A DNA stretch of 32,000 nt from Desulfocapsa sulfexigens DSM 10523 (GCF_000341395.1 NC_020304.1:1080001-1112000), one strand, 5' to 3'. Positions 19,179 through 31,647 are shown, counted from the stretch's first letter. Numbers and translations are program-made. Notes: a model not told the origin generated them from the sequence alone.

Positions 19179-20338
19179 AAACCCGATTTATCAACGGCAA
19201 CACTCTCCAGTTGCTGACAAACGGCGCAGCCTACTTCATGGCCCTTGAGCAGGCCATTGATACCGCGCGGAATATTGTTCCCCTCGAGACCTACATCTTT
19301 GCCGACGACGAAACAGGCAGACGCATAGCTGCAGCTCTGACACGGGCCGCAAAGCGTGGGGTGACAGTGCGTGTCCTGGTGGACGGCTTCGGCTCAAACA
19401 AAATATTCGACATTATACGTCGGCAGCTCTTAAGCGACAAGGTGCAGGTGCTGATTTACCACCCAAAGATATCTCCCTTCACTATGAGTCGAAACCGTCT
19501 GCGGCGACTGCACCGTAAGCTGGTAATGATTGACTGTCATCTGGCCTTTATCGGAGGCATCAACATCATTGACGACATGAACTCCCCAGGGGATCTGCCG
19601 ACCCGCTACGATTATGCAGTGCGCATTGAAGGCCCCCTGCTGGGGACGCTAGTAAGAGAGAACGAAAGGTTGTGGAACAGGATAGCCCTGCTCAATTTCA
19701 AGTTGGAATGGCGAATTCGACCACTCCCTATACCCCAAGCCGTTGCCTCTGGCAAGCAGCGTGCCGCTCTGGTGGTACGTGACAATTTGCGCCACCGTTT
19801 CGATATCGAAGATGCCTATCTTGACGCCATTAACCGGGCACAGAAAGAGATCATTATCGTCAACGCTTATTTTTTTCCCGGCAAGCGTTTTCGACGCACG
19901 CTTCGACTGGCAGCCGGACGTGGCGTACGGGTTATTCTACTTTTGCAAGGACGCATGGAATATGCTCTGTTACATTACGCTTCCCGTGCCCTTTACGGAG
20001 CCTTTCTTGATGCCGGGGTCGAAATATACAATTACCGGAAAAGCCTTATGCATGCCAAGGTAGGAGTGATCGATGGACAATGGTCCACGGTCGGCTCCTC
20101 CAATATCGATCCGTTCAGCCTGCTGTTGGCCCGTGAAGCCAATGTCATCGTCGACGATTCGCAGTTTGCCGAGGAATTGCACGCCAGCCTTCGTCAGCAC
20201 ATTGAGGATGGTGCCTTGAAAGTGGATCAGGACTCATGGTACGGCCAGCCACTGTGGCGGCGCATCATCAACTGGAGCGCCTATGGTGTTGCCCGATTAC
20301 TACTTGGTCTGGCGGGACTTCGCAGCAAAAGCTATTAG
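19175..20338 (+). CDS. clsB: Phospholipase D-like / cardiolipin synthase (ClsB-like)
   Basis: Two HKD motifs: HRKLVMIDCHLAFIGGINIID and HAKVGVIDGQWSTVGSSNIDP. Confidence 0.88.
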   Translation: MKTRFINGNTLQLLTNGAAYFMALEQAIDTARNIVPLETYIFADDETGRRIAAALTRAAKRGVTVRVLVDGFGSNKIFDIIRRQLLSDKVQVLIYHPKISPFTMSRNRLRRLHRKLVMIDCHLAFIGGINIIDDMNSPGDLPTRYDYAVRIEGPLLGTLVRENERLWNRIALLNFKLEWRIRPLPIPQAVASGKQRAALVVRDNLRHRFDIEDAYLDAINRAQKEIIIVNAYFFPGKRFRRTLRLAAGRGVRVILLLQGRMEYALLHYASRALYGAFLDAGVEIYNYRKSLMHAKVGVIDGQWSTVGSSNIDPFSLLLAREANVIVDDSQFAEELHASLRQHIEDGALKVDQDSWYGQPLWRRIINWSAYGVARLLLGLAGLRSKSY

Positions 20339-20431
20339 CTTTCAAAGTCACGATGAAAAGTAATCCCAGGCATTTGGACCACTTCTCATTAACGTCACGA
20401 ACACTAAATGAGTCAATGTTGATTTCCATTA

Positions 20432-20899
20432 TTATTCGTTTTCTTTCTCTACTTTTTCTATAGTTGCACTTAGCTTTTGATACACACCGAGTGCCACAAT
20501 TAGAACAGCTGATACTAAAATGAGTAAACCTGGATACAGTAAAAGAGTAAGATCTTTCGTTCCTGCTTTAAAGATATAAACCAACCCTTCAATGCTAACT
20601 GCAATAGTTATGATTACAATTATTTTTGTAATTGTTCTTCTTGCTTCTTCAGGATCACGAAGCTGTTTATTTACAAATACTTCTTCTTCCATCATGTATT
20701 GTGCAACATCAATAATGGCTGCAGATATTATTATTGCACCGACAGACTGAAGCATTAATGGAATAAACTCTGTTGATTCCCCAACGCTGGAAATGACCTC
20801 ATACACAGACCATCCCATAGTGACCAGGGATAGGATTATAAGAATTAATGCCGCAAACAAATGAACTCCAGAAAAGATAATATTAAACATTTTTTCCAT
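20432..20899 (-). CDS. Hypothetical multi-pass inner-membrane protein
   Basis: Several hydrophobic helices (VHLFAALILIILSLVTMGW, SVGAIIISAAIIDVAQY, IIVIITIAVSIEGLVYIF, LLLYPGLLILVSAVLIVAL). Likely start MEKMFNIIF. Confidence 0.7.
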   Translation of the reverse strand: MEKMFNIIFSGVHLFAALILIILSLVTMGWSVYEVISSVGESTEFIPLMLQSVGAIIISAAIIDVAQYMMEEEVFVNKQLRDPEEARRTITKIIVIITIAVSIEGLVYIFKAGTKDLTLLLYPGLLILVSAVLIVALGVYQKLSATIEKVEKENE

Positions 20900-21002
20900 G
20901 ATTTGACCTTTATAAATTTCCAACTACTGAGGCTCTATCTGCTATCGATATAATACCCATTACGGCCCCGATAACCTGCCGCGAAGAGTGTCATTTGTCA
21001 GT

Positions 21003-22052
21003 TTACTTTCTTTTAGGGATTCGCACGGTAAAGACAGAACCAGTATTCAAACTGCTTTTCACAGAGACACGTCCTCCATGCCCTTGAACAATAGCTTTTA
21101 CAGCCGCAAGACCTAGTCCATGCCCCTTACTGCTTGATTTACTTTGATGAAAAGCATCAAAAATATATGGTAAGTCATCATCTGAAATTCCAAGCCCATT
21201 ATCTTTTATTTGAATGACCACATCTCTGTCATGCTCATTGACGCTGGTGACAATCTCTCCATTTTGATGAATAAATTTTATAGCGTTAGAAAACAGATTT
21301 TCGAACACTCGCTGCAGTTGTCTGCTGTCTGCTAGAATAGGCGATACAGAGTCATACTCCAAACGTATAGTACTTCCTTTTTCTGACGCCTGGGGCTGAC
21401 ATCTCAGAATGAGTTGATTAAGAAGTTCTGGTAAATCGATTTCTTCCAAATTAAGTCTTACCTTATCTGTGACTTGTCTTGAGAATTCCAAAAATTCCAA
21501 CACCAGAGACTCCAACTGTTCTCCAGAGTATTTAATAGTTTTACAATAGGTATCAAGCTTGTCTGCTGACATATCTTCATGGTGTTCCTGGATTCTTTTT
21601 GTCAGACCTAAAATGGCAACCAATGGAGACTTCATGTCATGGGCCAGCATATTTTGAAAGTTGTTTTTTTCGCGCTCTAAGGACTTTTCCCTGGAAAAAT
21701 CTTCAATTATCTCCAAAAAGCCGATGACTTCGCCATCATCATTTTTAATTGAAGCAGCACTTAGTCTTACCGGAATATGTTCATCATAACGGTTTATAAG
21801 TTCGGTCTCAACGCCGGAGGTCGGTACACCGGCTTCCTTTAAAGTTTGTAAAGGGCTTTCTGTGTTACGGCTTTTACTATGTAATATTTCAGAACATGAT
21901 TTTCCCATGACCTCTAAGGCGGAATACCCCGTTAAGTCCTCTGCTGGATTATTAAAAGAGGTGATATTAAAATCTGCATCCATGGTCACTACAGCAACAG
22001 GAATATTTTCTAAAATTAGATGGCAGAAGTGAGGACTAACATGGTCAGACAT
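21003..22052 (-). CDS. PAS-domain sensor histidine kinase
   Basis: PAS (AVVTMDADFNITSFNNPAEDLTGYSALEVMGK), H-box LAHDMKSPLVAILGL, N/G boxes NLFSNAIKF, IKDNGLGIS, SKGHGLGLAAVKAI. Confidence 0.92.
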   Translation of the reverse strand: MSDHVSPHFCHLILENIPVAVVTMDADFNITSFNNPAEDLTGYSALEVMGKSCSEILHSKSRNTESPLQTLKEAGVPTSGVETELINRYDEHIPVRLSAASIKNDDGEVIGFLEIIEDFSREKSLEREKNNFQNMLAHDMKSPLVAILGLTKRIQEHHEDMSADKLDTYCKTIKYSGEQLESLVLEFLEFSRQVTDKVRLNLEEIDLPELLNQLILRCQPQASEKGSTIRLEYDSVSPILADSRQLQRVFENLFSNAIKFIHQNGEIVTSVNEHDRDVVIQIKDNGLGISDDDLPYIFDAFHQSKSSSKGHGLGLAAVKAIVQGHGGRVSVKSSLNTGSVFTVRIPKRK

Positions 22053-22140
22053 ACAGTTCCTTTTGTATCTAATTGTATTCTTTTTTTAAATCAATTTCCT
22101 GTTCCCACATCAACTAAAACCCATGTCCAGCTGTTCATTC

Positions 22141-22818
22141 TTACTCCTTCGATTGCAGCTCTTCTGGCACCGGCTTCGGCTGCCAACGCTCTTCCAGCAC
22201 GGGCATATTTTTACTATGGGTTAAAATCACGATCTCGTCGCCGAAGCAAAATTCTGTTTTTTCATCGGCATGGGAAAACTTACCGTCACGGTAATAGCAG
22301 ATAACCTTCGCTTCGGCTGGTAATTTCAGATCTTTGGCTGCGACCGCATCTTTCTCTGTGGCAATCAAGGTGAAAAAACGTGCTTCATCCTTTATGACCG
22401 TTGAAAGTTCAATGATTTCACCACCACCTGCCATGTCCACCAGAAAACGACTGATGGTTCGGGAGGGATTGATCGTGTCCTTCAGACCCAATTCATGGCA
22501 GATAGTTTCGAACTGGGGATCGCCGATGCTTGTCACTATCCTTACAAAACCAAGGGAACGGCCAACGAGACTGGCGATAAGGTTGACCTGATCACTGTTG
22601 GTCAGACAAAACAGAAAATCTGTTTCCCCGGGATTGACTTCATGCAGGATATTCGGCAGACTGCCATCACCATGAAGAAAGCTGCAGTCCAGCTCTTCAG
22701 ACAATTCATCGATCATATCCTTATCAATCTCGATGATAACGACTTCATGACCCTTTCTGATCAGTTCCTTGGCAGTTTCGATACTTACTTTACCGGTTCC
22801 AATAAATACAATTCTCAT
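22141..22818 (-). CDS. trkA: Trk/Ktr-type potassium uptake regulatory subunit (RCK_N/RCK_C)
   Basis: MRIVFIGTGKVSIETAKELIRKGHEVVIIEIDKD Rossmann fold and C-terminal RCK_C-like segment. ATG at 22818 overlaps trkH stop (ATGA) with GGAGGAA upstream. Confidence 0.85.
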   Translation of the reverse strand: MRIVFIGTGKVSIETAKELIRKGHEVVIIEIDKDMIDELSEELDCSFLHGDGSLPNILHEVNPGETDFLFCLTNSDQVNLIASLVGRSLGFVRIVTSIGDPQFETICHELGLKDTINPSRTISRFLVDMAGGGEIIELSTVIKDEARFFTLIATEKDAVAAKDLKLPAEAKVICYYRDGKFSHADEKTEFCFGDEIVILTHSKNMPVLEERWQPKPVPEELQSKE

Positions 22819-24281
22819 GTTTCCTCCATTCTTCTGCCAAACCACGTCCCGGGATAGATCATCATCAGCCAGGCGATGATTTCAAGTCTTCCCATCAGCA
22901 TGTCAACACACAAAACGCCTTTGAGCAGGGCTGGCAAGTTGGCATTTGTCAGTCCCACGGACAACCCAACCGTTCCCGTCGCCGAAACCACTTCAAACAG
23001 AGAGTCGAGCGGGCTGAACCCCATTACCACAAACGGCAGCCAGGAAAATAGAACAACTGCAACGAACAGCACAATAAGTAGAAGGGCCGCGTGAATATCT
23101 TGATCCCGCAACCGGCGGCCTACCAACCGATGCTCGATGACGGCGTGTCTCGGCAGACAGGTTCGTACCAGGATCAGCCGCAACACACTCACCGCAATCA
23201 ACAGCCGCAGCAGCTTGAAGCCACCGGAGGTCGATCCAAAACCGCCACCCACCAGCATCGAGCTGATCAGAACCAGTTTTGAGCCTGCATCGAGCTGATC
23301 ACAGGAAATTGAAGAAAAACCAGCGGTTGTCTGCGCAGAAAAAGCGAGCAGTGGTGCGTGATGGAGTATCTGGGTCCATGCCATGTCGGTACTGAGTCGC
23401 ATTGCAGCACCAATTGTCAGCGAAACGATCAGAATAACGATGATGATGGCCCGCATCTGAAGAAATTCAACGCCAACGCGCCATTTTTCTTTAAACATCC
23501 CATACCAGAACGCAAGCGGGATAGCCCCGGCAAGGCAGAGCAGACTAATCCACACCTGAGCGGGCCAGCCTAAGATCGCGAGGCTGGTGTCATTCGGGGC
23601 AAAGCCTCCGGTCGAAACCGCCGCAAAGGTATACAGAACCCCGTCGAAACACCTCATGCCCACGGCAAGCGAACCGATGATACCGAGGACGGTCAAAATG
23701 ATATAGACTTTCAGGACGCGCCGTGCGTGGGCCCGTGTACCACCGACAAGATCATCACTTTCCGCCTCGGTGACGGCAAGACCCTTTGCATCCAGACCCG
23801 GCTGGATGACGAGCGCCAGGGAAAGAACAACGATACCCAGCCCTCCATACCACTGCATCCAGGCGCGAGCAAAAAGAAATGTCGGCGGCGCGCCAACAAG
23901 CGTCGCCTTCGTGCTCAGTCCAGTGGTCGTCACCCCGGAGACGGCTTCAAAGAAGGCATCGAAAAAGCCAAGTCCCGAGCCCATCATCGGGTAGGACATC
24001 ACCAACGGCGTAAAGAAAAATATCAATGCGACCAACATCATGCCTTCATTGGCCTGTACCCTGGCAGGAGTCCGCAGCCGGGACAGGCTGGCCCCGAGGA
24101 CCGCGAGTCCGCAAATAACCACGCCATACCGCAGGCTGATGTCGATGTCGCCACAGATTACCGACACCACAAACGGCGCCAGCGACAGCGTAGCGAGCAC
24201 TAGGGACATCTGGCCGAAATACTTGCAGACCACACGAAACCGAACCGCGTATCTGAGTTCTGTTGCCTGTTGTACCACCAA
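22815..24281 (-). CDS. trkH: TrkH/KtrB-type potassium transporter
   Basis: Four P-loop-like segments: GVTTTGLST, AVSTGGFAP, AQTTAGFSS, VSATGTVGLS. Start probably TTG/GTG near 24281 with GGGGAG upstream (ORF track start 24323 is also a GTG). Confidence 0.88.
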   Translation of the reverse strand: MVVQQATELRYAVRFRVVCKYFGQMSLVLATLSLAPFVVSVICGDIDISLRYGVVICGLAVLGASLSRLRTPARVQANEGMMLVALIFFFTPLVMSYPMMGSGLGFFDAFFEAVSGVTTTGLSTKATLVGAPPTFLFARAWMQWYGGLGIVVLSLALVIQPGLDAKGLAVTEAESDDLVGGTRAHARRVLKVYIILTVLGIIGSLAVGMRCFDGVLYTFAAVSTGGFAPNDTSLAILGWPAQVWISLLCLAGAIPLAFWYGMFKEKWRVGVEFLQMRAIIIVILIVSLTIGAAMRLSTDMAWTQILHHAPLLAFSAQTTAGFSSISCDQLDAGSKLVLISSMLVGGGFGSTSGGFKLLRLLIAVSVLRLILVRTCLPRHAVIEHRLVGRRLRDQDIHAALLLIVLFVAVVLFSWLPFVVMGFSPLDSLFEVVSATGTVGLSVGLTNANLPALLKGVLCVDMLMGRLEIIAWLMMIYPGTWFGRRMEET

Positions 24282-24383
24282 CGAATCTTCTCCCCTTTTA
24301 AAACCCGTAGTGCAGAACGACACGATCTACAGTGGTTTCCATCAGGTCGCTTACGCTCTAAGAGACCAGATCTCCAATGTGCA

Positions 24384-25277
24384 TCATTTTTTTTCTTTGC
24401 TCAGTAATTCATAACCGGCGACGACATCGAACAACTCTTCATCTATGGTACTCTGCCGCAGACGATGGAAGGTCCGGCTCAAATCCTCCAGCAGTTCATC
24501 AATATTTTTTTCGGCACGTTGCATCGCGGCCAGACGGCTGGCATTTTCAGCAGCCAGTGATTCAGCGCAAGCCTTGAAGAGCGATACGAAAAGATATTCA
24601 CGGATAAGCGCCGAGAGTGTTGTCTCGCCACCTGCCAGGATATCGGGAAGATTATCAGACGGCCAGCTGACTTCGGTCAGGTGGTGGCGCCATTGCTTGT
24701 CAAGCGGCAGCAACCGTTGATTAACGGACTCATACAACGCCCCGGACTGGGGACGGTTGTGAAAGAGGTAGACCTGCCCGATCTCGCCTTTCCGCCGATG
24801 CTTTTCAAACTCGGTAAGAATCTGACCGACAAGCGGCGTGATGGCTGTGACCGAATTCGGTACCACGAATGTTCCCACCGGTGGCATTCCGGCATCCTTC
24901 AGACGCACGTCAACACGCTCGCCAACCGCCCAGATCCTTTTCTCCCCTGGCAAAGCACTCAGCGCATCCATGGTAAACTCCACCAGCGCCTCATTGAATT
25001 TGCCGACAAGTCCCTGGTCCGAGCCAAAAATGATTGCTCCAATCACACCTTTGTCTATTTGTTCGGCCTGATCCACACCGTAGTCCAGCCCGGCTCCTTG
25101 CTGGAAGTAGGCAACCAACCCCAGTTCCACAGTACGATCATAATCTATCAGGGCACTCACAGCGTTTTCGTACTGCCCCCTGTTTGAGGCAGCTAACGCT
25201 TTCATGGTCCGGACTACGGATCCAAGTTTGCCGGCACCGCTCATCTTACGGCGCAAATTTCCCAGTGTCTCGCTCAT
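24384..25277 (-). CDS. atpG: N-ATPase subunit gamma
   Basis: Position last in the operon, N-terminal [34 protein letters not shown]-terminal [41 protein letters not shown]. Confidence 0.92.
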   Translation of the reverse strand: MSETLGNLRRKMSGAGKLGSVVRTMKALAASNRGQYENAVSALIDYDRTVELGLVAYFQQGAGLDYGVDQAEQIDKGVIGAIIFGSDQGLVGKFNEALVEFTMDALSALPGEKRIWAVGERVDVRLKDAGMPPVGTFVVPNSVTAITPLVGQILTEFEKHRRKGEIGQVYLFHNRPQSGALYESVNQRLLPLDKQWRHHLTEVSWPSDNLPDILAGGETTLSALIREYLFVSLFKACAESLAAENASRLAAMQRAEKNIDELLEDLSRTFHRLRQSTIDEELFDVVAGYELLSKEKK

Positions 25278-26809
25278 AGTTCCGTCTGAAAAACTGTAAG
25301 CGCATTGCCGGCGACGCGGAGAACCGCCTCGCGATCCTCGTCCGTCAAGGTGTCAGCCGAGAAAAATCGGCGGCTGACTTCCACCGGAATCTCAGCCGCG
25401 GCCTCACGCAGGGCACCTTCCACTTTTGGCATCATATCGAGCGGTATGGTGTCCAGGAGTCCATCGAGCAGGGCCAGCAGCACGGCTATCTGCTCAGGCA
25501 CGGATACCGGAGCGAACTCCGGCTGCTTGAGACAGGCACGGATTCGTTGGCCATGGGCGATAATTTTCCGGGTATGCTCGTCAAGCCGGGCGCCGAACCT
25601 GGCAAAGGTTTCCAACTCCTCGAACTGCGCATAGGCAAGCTTCAAGGACCCGGCCACCGCGCGATAAGCCGCGAGTTGTGCCTTGCCCCCGACCCGCGAC
25701 ACCGATTTGCCAACATCAACTGCGGGCAGAATTCCCAGTTCAAAAAGCGTCGGCGAGAGATAGATCTGACCGTCGGTAATGGAAATAAGATTGGTTGGAA
25801 TATACGCGGAGATATTCTGCGCCTCGGTCTCGATGATGGGCAACGCGGTGAGCGAGCCGCCACCGAGTTCACTGCGCAAGTGAGTTGCACGCTCCAGGAG
25901 CCGCGAATGGATATAGAAGATGTCGCCGGGAAAGGCCTCTCGGCCGGGTGGTCGACGCAGCAGAAGAGAGAGTTCACGGTAGGACCTGGCGTGGTGGGTG
26001 AGATCGTCATATACGATAAGCACGTCGCGGCCCTGCTCCATAAAATACTCGGCGATGCTGGTGGCGACATAGGGCGCGATATAGGTGAGGCCTGGCGGAT
26101 CGTTGCCCTCTGTTACCACGACGATGGTGTATTCCATGGCGCCTTTTTCGCTGAGATCGGCGACGACCTTGGCCACGGCCGAGGCCCGCTGGCCGATGGC
26201 GCAATAGATGCAGACCATGTCCTGATCACGCTGGTTCAGGATGGTGTCGATGGCAATAGCTGTCTTGCCTGTTTGCCGGTCGCCGAGAATCAACTCGCGT
26301 TGGCCACGACCGATGGGAATAAGGGCATCGATGACCTTGATGCCGGTTTGCAGCGGCATGGTGACAGGAGCCCGGTCCATTATGGGTGTCGCATCCCTTT
26401 CGATGGGCAGACGCCGAGTGCAGGACACCGGCCCCTTGCCATCCAACGGACGACCAAGCGGGTCGATAACGCGGCCCAGCAGTGCATCACCCACAGCCAC
26501 ATCCATGACCCTTCCTGTGCGCTCGACTTCATCTCCCGTGTGCAGGAGCCTGTATTCGCCCAGAAGGACGACACCGATGTCGTCCTCGTCGATATTAAAC
26601 GCAATACCAAACAAGTCGCCAGGGAACTTCACAAGTTCCTCAAAACCGACGCCGGGAAGACCATTAACTCTTGCAATGCCGGTGGCGACACCGGTGATCG
26701 TGCCCACCTCCCGGGGTGTCAGTTGCGGCGTGAATGCTTCCCGTACCTGGCGAATTTCGGTAAAGGCGCTGTCGAAAACGTTTCCGAGGCTCTCCGGTTC
26801 GATATTCAT
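25274..26809 (-). CDS. atpA: N-ATPase subunit alpha
   Basis: Walker [61 protein letters not shown]. Confidence 0.96.
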   Translation of the reverse strand: MNIEPESLGNVFDSAFTEIRQVREAFTPQLTPREVGTITGVATGIARVNGLPGVGFEELVKFPGDLFGIAFNIDEDDIGVVLLGEYRLLHTGDEVERTGRVMDVAVGDALLGRVIDPLGRPLDGKGPVSCTRRLPIERDATPIMDRAPVTMPLQTGIKVIDALIPIGRGQRELILGDRQTGKTAIAIDTILNQRDQDMVCIYCAIGQRASAVAKVVADLSEKGAMEYTIVVVTEGNDPPGLTYIAPYVATSIAEYFMEQGRDVLIVYDDLTHHARSYRELSLLLRRPPGREAFPGDIFYIHSRLLERATHLRSELGGGSLTALPIIETEAQNISAYIPTNLISITDGQIYLSPTLFELGILPAVDVGKSVSRVGGKAQLAAYRAVAGSLKLAYAQFEELETFARFGARLDEHTRKIIAHGQRIRACLKQPEFAPVSVPEQIAVLLALLDGLLDTIPLDMMPKVEGALREAAAEIPVEVSRRFFSADTLTDEDREAVLRVAGNALTVFQTEL

Positions 26810-27627
26810 TGGTTCCTTGTTTCAGGCATACGTTCTACAGGTTCAGAGTCGGTCTGGGGTGCAGGTTTGTTCTTCTCTTGCAAAAGTTCGGCAACACCCT
26901 GTTCCAGCGACGCCAGATAATCGGCGATGCTCCACGCCACCTTTTGTCCGTCCGTGGTCAATTCAATACCGCTAATCACGTTCGGCGCGGTCTCGAATCG
27001 GACATTGACTTCAGCCGAAAAGGTTTCGTTGAGTCCATTTTGTATTGCCGCGCGATGCTCCGCAGTCAGGTCAAAGGCACTGCGCACCACTACTGGGTCA
27101 GACGCCGTCTTGAAGGTCTCGGCAAAGCCAGCCTTGTGTTCCCCGTCTAAGTCCCGTAACCGACGAACAAAAACATCCACCATCTGCTCTTCCAGATTCG
27201 TTCCGGCAAGATCGGTCAACGCCTTTCGAGCGATGGCAAAAACTTCCTGCTGTGTCCGACGACTGATTGCCTGATGGAGGTCGTGTTCTTCGTCTCTTAA
27301 CGCTTCCTGCCTTTTTGTACTCAAAGCAACGGCGGCATGCCGCGCTTCATTGAGAAGCCGTTGACGCTCAGCCTGCGCCTCGTCTGTCGCCTTGCTCAGA
27401 AGTTCGTTGCGCTGCTGGTCGAATTCCTCGTTTTTGTGCTTGAACTCATCACGTTCCCGCAGAGCTTCGACTTTTTTTGCATCGGCGTCCGCGAGTTCCG
27501 CGGCGATTCGTTCTTCCCGTGCATCGATGGCATTGAGGATAGGTTTGTAGAGGAAACGCTTCATCAACCACACCAGGATGAGAAAATTGAGCACCTGTGC
27601 CAGAATAGTAAACCAATCGATCAACAT
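26806..27627 (-). CDS. atpF: N-ATPase subunit b, elongated with delta-like C-terminus
   Basis: N-terminal membrane anchor and charged coiled coil; C-terminal [63 protein letters not shown] resembles the delta/OSCP C-terminus. Confidence 0.9.
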   Translation of the reverse strand: MLIDWFTILAQVLNFLILVWLMKRFLYKPILNAIDAREERIAAELADADAKKVEALRERDEFKHKNEEFDQQRNELLSKATDEAQAERQRLLNEARHAAVALSTKRQEALRDEEHDLHQAISRRTQQEVFAIARKALTDLAGTNLEEQMVDVFVRRLRDLDGEHKAGFAETFKTASDPVVVRSAFDLTAEHRAAIQNGLNETFSAEVNVRFETAPNVISGIELTTDGQKVAWSIADYLASLEQGVAELLQEKNKPAPQTDSEPVERMPETRNQ

Positions 27628-27631
27628 GGAT

Positions 27632-27913
27632 TTATTTCCCCGCGGCCTGGGCGATAAAGTGGTTCCAGAAAGGGTTGGCGAAGATAAGAATCATCGAAAC
27701 CACGAAGCAGTAAATGGCCGTGGACTCAACCATCGCCAAACCAACGAAGAGCGTCCGGGTGATAGTGGGAGCGGCGTCGGGTTGCTGGGCCAGTGAACTG
27801 AGCGCCGTTGACACCGCACGGCCTTCACCCAGAGCAGGTCCTAAACATCCAAACCCGGTGGTGATACCGGCGGTGAAGATTGATACAATCGCTATAATCG
27901 TCATACTATCCAT
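27632..27913 (-). CDS. atpE: N-ATPase subunit c
   Basis: Two-helix proteolipid: GPALGEGRAVSTALSSLAQQPDA and FVGLAMVESTAIYCFVVSMILIFANP, with Glu in both helices and the EST..Y ligand pattern. Confidence 0.95.
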   Translation of the reverse strand: MDSMTIIAIVSIFTAGITTGFGCLGPALGEGRAVSTALSSLAQQPDAAPTITRTLFVGLAMVESTAIYCFVVSMILIFANPFWNHFIAQAAGK

Positions 27914-27934
27914 AGGATCTCCTTTGAAAATACT

Positions 27935-28630
27935 TCAGTGTGTTGTGTCAGTTTCAGGCCTTGGGGTCTGGGCACTTACGGCGCCCGCGATATAAACCGT
28001 TGCCAGAATACTGAAAATGTATGCCTGTACCATGCCGGTGAGCAGACCGAGTACCTGCATAATGATGGGAAAGATAAAAGGAGTGATGCTGAGCAGAATA
28101 CCGATAATCATTGCCCCACTCATCATATTGCCGAACAGGCGGACCGCAAGGGCCAGCGTGCGTGAGATCTCACTGATAATGTTAAACGGCAGCATAATGA
28201 ACGTCGGTTTCAGGTAGGAAGAGATGTAACCGCCCAGCCCCTGCTCTTCTACGCCGAAAAGAGGCACGGCCACAAACACGCACAGGGCGAGGGCCACCGT
28301 GGTCGAAAGCGAACCGGTCGGCGACTCGTAACCGGGAATGACGGTGCAAAGACTGGCTGCGGCGACAAACAGGAAAAGCGTCCCCAGAAAGCCGAGATAT
28401 TTGCGCGGTTGCAGCAGGCCGACCTCTTTAATCTGTTCCTCGATTGTGGTGACGATGATTTCCAGAAGGTTCTGCCAGCGGGAACGTTGCAGATCCATGG
28501 AAAGTTTACGGGTGATGAGTATTGAACCGCCAGCCAGCAAGAGCATCAGCGCCCAGGTAAAGACAATCGTTGCATTGAGTTTGAAAAACCCCAGTTGCCA
28601 GTAGATAATTTGGTCGGGACTAAGCCGCAT
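27935..28630 (-). CDS. atpB: N-ATPase subunit a
   Basis: EISRTLALAVRLFGNMMSGAMIIGI with essential Arg. Probable start MRLSPDQII at 28630, overlapping atpR's 3' end. Confidence 0.93.
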   Translation of the reverse strand: MRLSPDQIIYWQLGFFKLNATIVFTWALMLLLAGGSILITRKLSMDLQRSRWQNLLEIIVTTIEEQIKEVGLLQPRKYLGFLGTLFLFVAAASLCTVIPGYESPTGSLSTTVALALCVFVAVPLFGVEEQGLGGYISSYLKPTFIMLPFNIISEISRTLALAVRLFGNMMSGAMIIGILLSITPFIFPIIMQVLGLLTGMVQAYIFSILATVYIAGAVSAQTPRPETDTTH

Positions 28631-28937
28631 GGCCAGCCTCCCCTTCCAATGCGGTCGGCTTCTCATCCACCCGGGTGAACCGTGTCACTAGAAAGCGTGC
28701 CATGGCAAATCCGAGGAGACACAGCAGTAGCCTCTGCCAATGACCGCCCCCAACAAAATAAAATCCAGCCACGGTAAGGCCTATCCGCAGCAGCATACTG
28801 CCGAGGAACCAGGCCGCCGGCCGCTTGGAGGCAAGACCCTTGCGAACCGTCCACCAAAGACCACCGAAAAACATCACACCGAGTAAAACACCCGCCACCA
28901 ACGCCAGCAGCAGTGTCAGCATTTCATTCATTATCAT
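28620..28937 (-). CDS. atpR: N-ATPase accessory subunit AtpR
   Basis: Small hydrophobic protein (M)IMNEMLTLLLALVAGVLLGVMFFGGLWWTVRKGL, in the characteristic Q-R-B position. Confidence 0.85.
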   Translation of the reverse strand: MIMNEMLTLLLALVAGVLLGVMFFGGLWWTVRKGLASKRPAAWFLGSMLLRIGLTVAGFYFVGGGHWQRLLLCLLGFAMARFLVTRFTRVDEKPTALEGEAGHAA

Positions 28938-29260
28938 TAGTATCCTCCTGTTCTTCCTGCATTGCCTTGTCTTCTCTGGAGACCCAGTGCCAGGCATTAT
29001 AGCAGCCCATGGCAAGTCCGGCGACCAACAGGGCCAGGGTCCAGGAGCGGCCGCCCGGATAGTGCTTGTCCAGCCAGAGACCAAGTGCTGCGCCGAGCAA
29101 TGTCGGAATCGCCACCGACCAGCCGATAAGCCCCATCATGCCCAGGCCGAACCAGACGGTATGGGTGACGTTACGCCGCGCCTTAAGCTTGCGCTTTTCC
29201 TTTATGCCGACCTCCCGGCTGAACGTTGTCCGGCCTTGGGTGCTTTTTGTTTCCTGCTCC

Positions 29261-29268
<8 letters not shown>
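28924..29268 (-). CDS. atpQ: N-ATPase accessory subunit AtpQ (AtpI-like)
   Basis: Two-helix AtpI-like protein (MGLIGWSVAIPTLLGAALGLWLDKHYPGGRSWTLALLVAGLAMGCYNAWHWV) between atpC and atpR. Confidence 0.85.
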
Positions 29269-31130
<1,862 letters not shown>

Positions 31131-31170
31131 TTAAATTAGAACTCCGGTTAATCGTTCGTCTGTCAGGATC

Positions 31171-31199
31171 ATTTTATCAAATTCGTTCTTCTCAGTCAA
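31171..31199 (-). promoter_or_regulatory. Putative sigma70 promoter of the N-ATPase operon
   Basis: Minus strand TTGACT-N17-TAAAAT (-35 at 31199-31194, -10 at 31176-31171), about 65 bp upstream of the atpD ATG. Confidence 0.6.
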
Positions 31200-31335
31200 A
31201 CTGGTCCTTGCTGATCTCCCTCCCTGCACAAGGCCTGTTACTCCACCGACAACGAGATACTCCTCATCAAAATAAGGAGTTTCAGGATGGTGCACCTCTA
31301 TTGCCGATCGATTTATTCTGGTTTAAAGGATAGTC

Positions 31336-31647
31336 TCATCGATGCTGCTCAAAAATATCTTTAAATACTGGGGCGACTGCCTTGAATCCCTTCAGAATCG
31401 CGGGATCAAAATGTTCCGGCATGGTTCGGCCGTCCCCCTCGGTGATAATCCTGCAGGCCTCGTGGCCATCCATGATCGGCATCACGATATCGAGGACGAT
31501 CAGGTCCGGTGAGTTTTCCCGCACCTTCCGCACCGCCTCCTCTCCATCGGCGGCAAATTCAACATCATAACCTAAGGGCACCAGCCACTTGGTAAGCAGT
31601 CTGAGATTGCTCTCTTCATCGTCGACCAGCAATATCTTCTCATTCAT
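31336..31647 (-). pseudogene. Response regulator with truncated receiver fused to an HD-GYP-like C-terminal tail (probable internal-deletion derivative)
   Basis: [14 protein letters not shown]...[18 protein letters not shown] joins directly to [37 protein letters not shown], a sequence typical of the end of HD-GYP response regulators. The receiver beta4-alpha5 part is missing. Confidence 0.7.

Noticed and set aside
24681-28604. Many plus-strand ORFs opposite the ATPase operon (e.g. 25547..26920, 26241..26975)
   Set aside because: Antisense open frames expected opposite GC-richer, strongly coding genes. They lack recognisable domains, while the minus-strand frames are conserved ATPase subunits.
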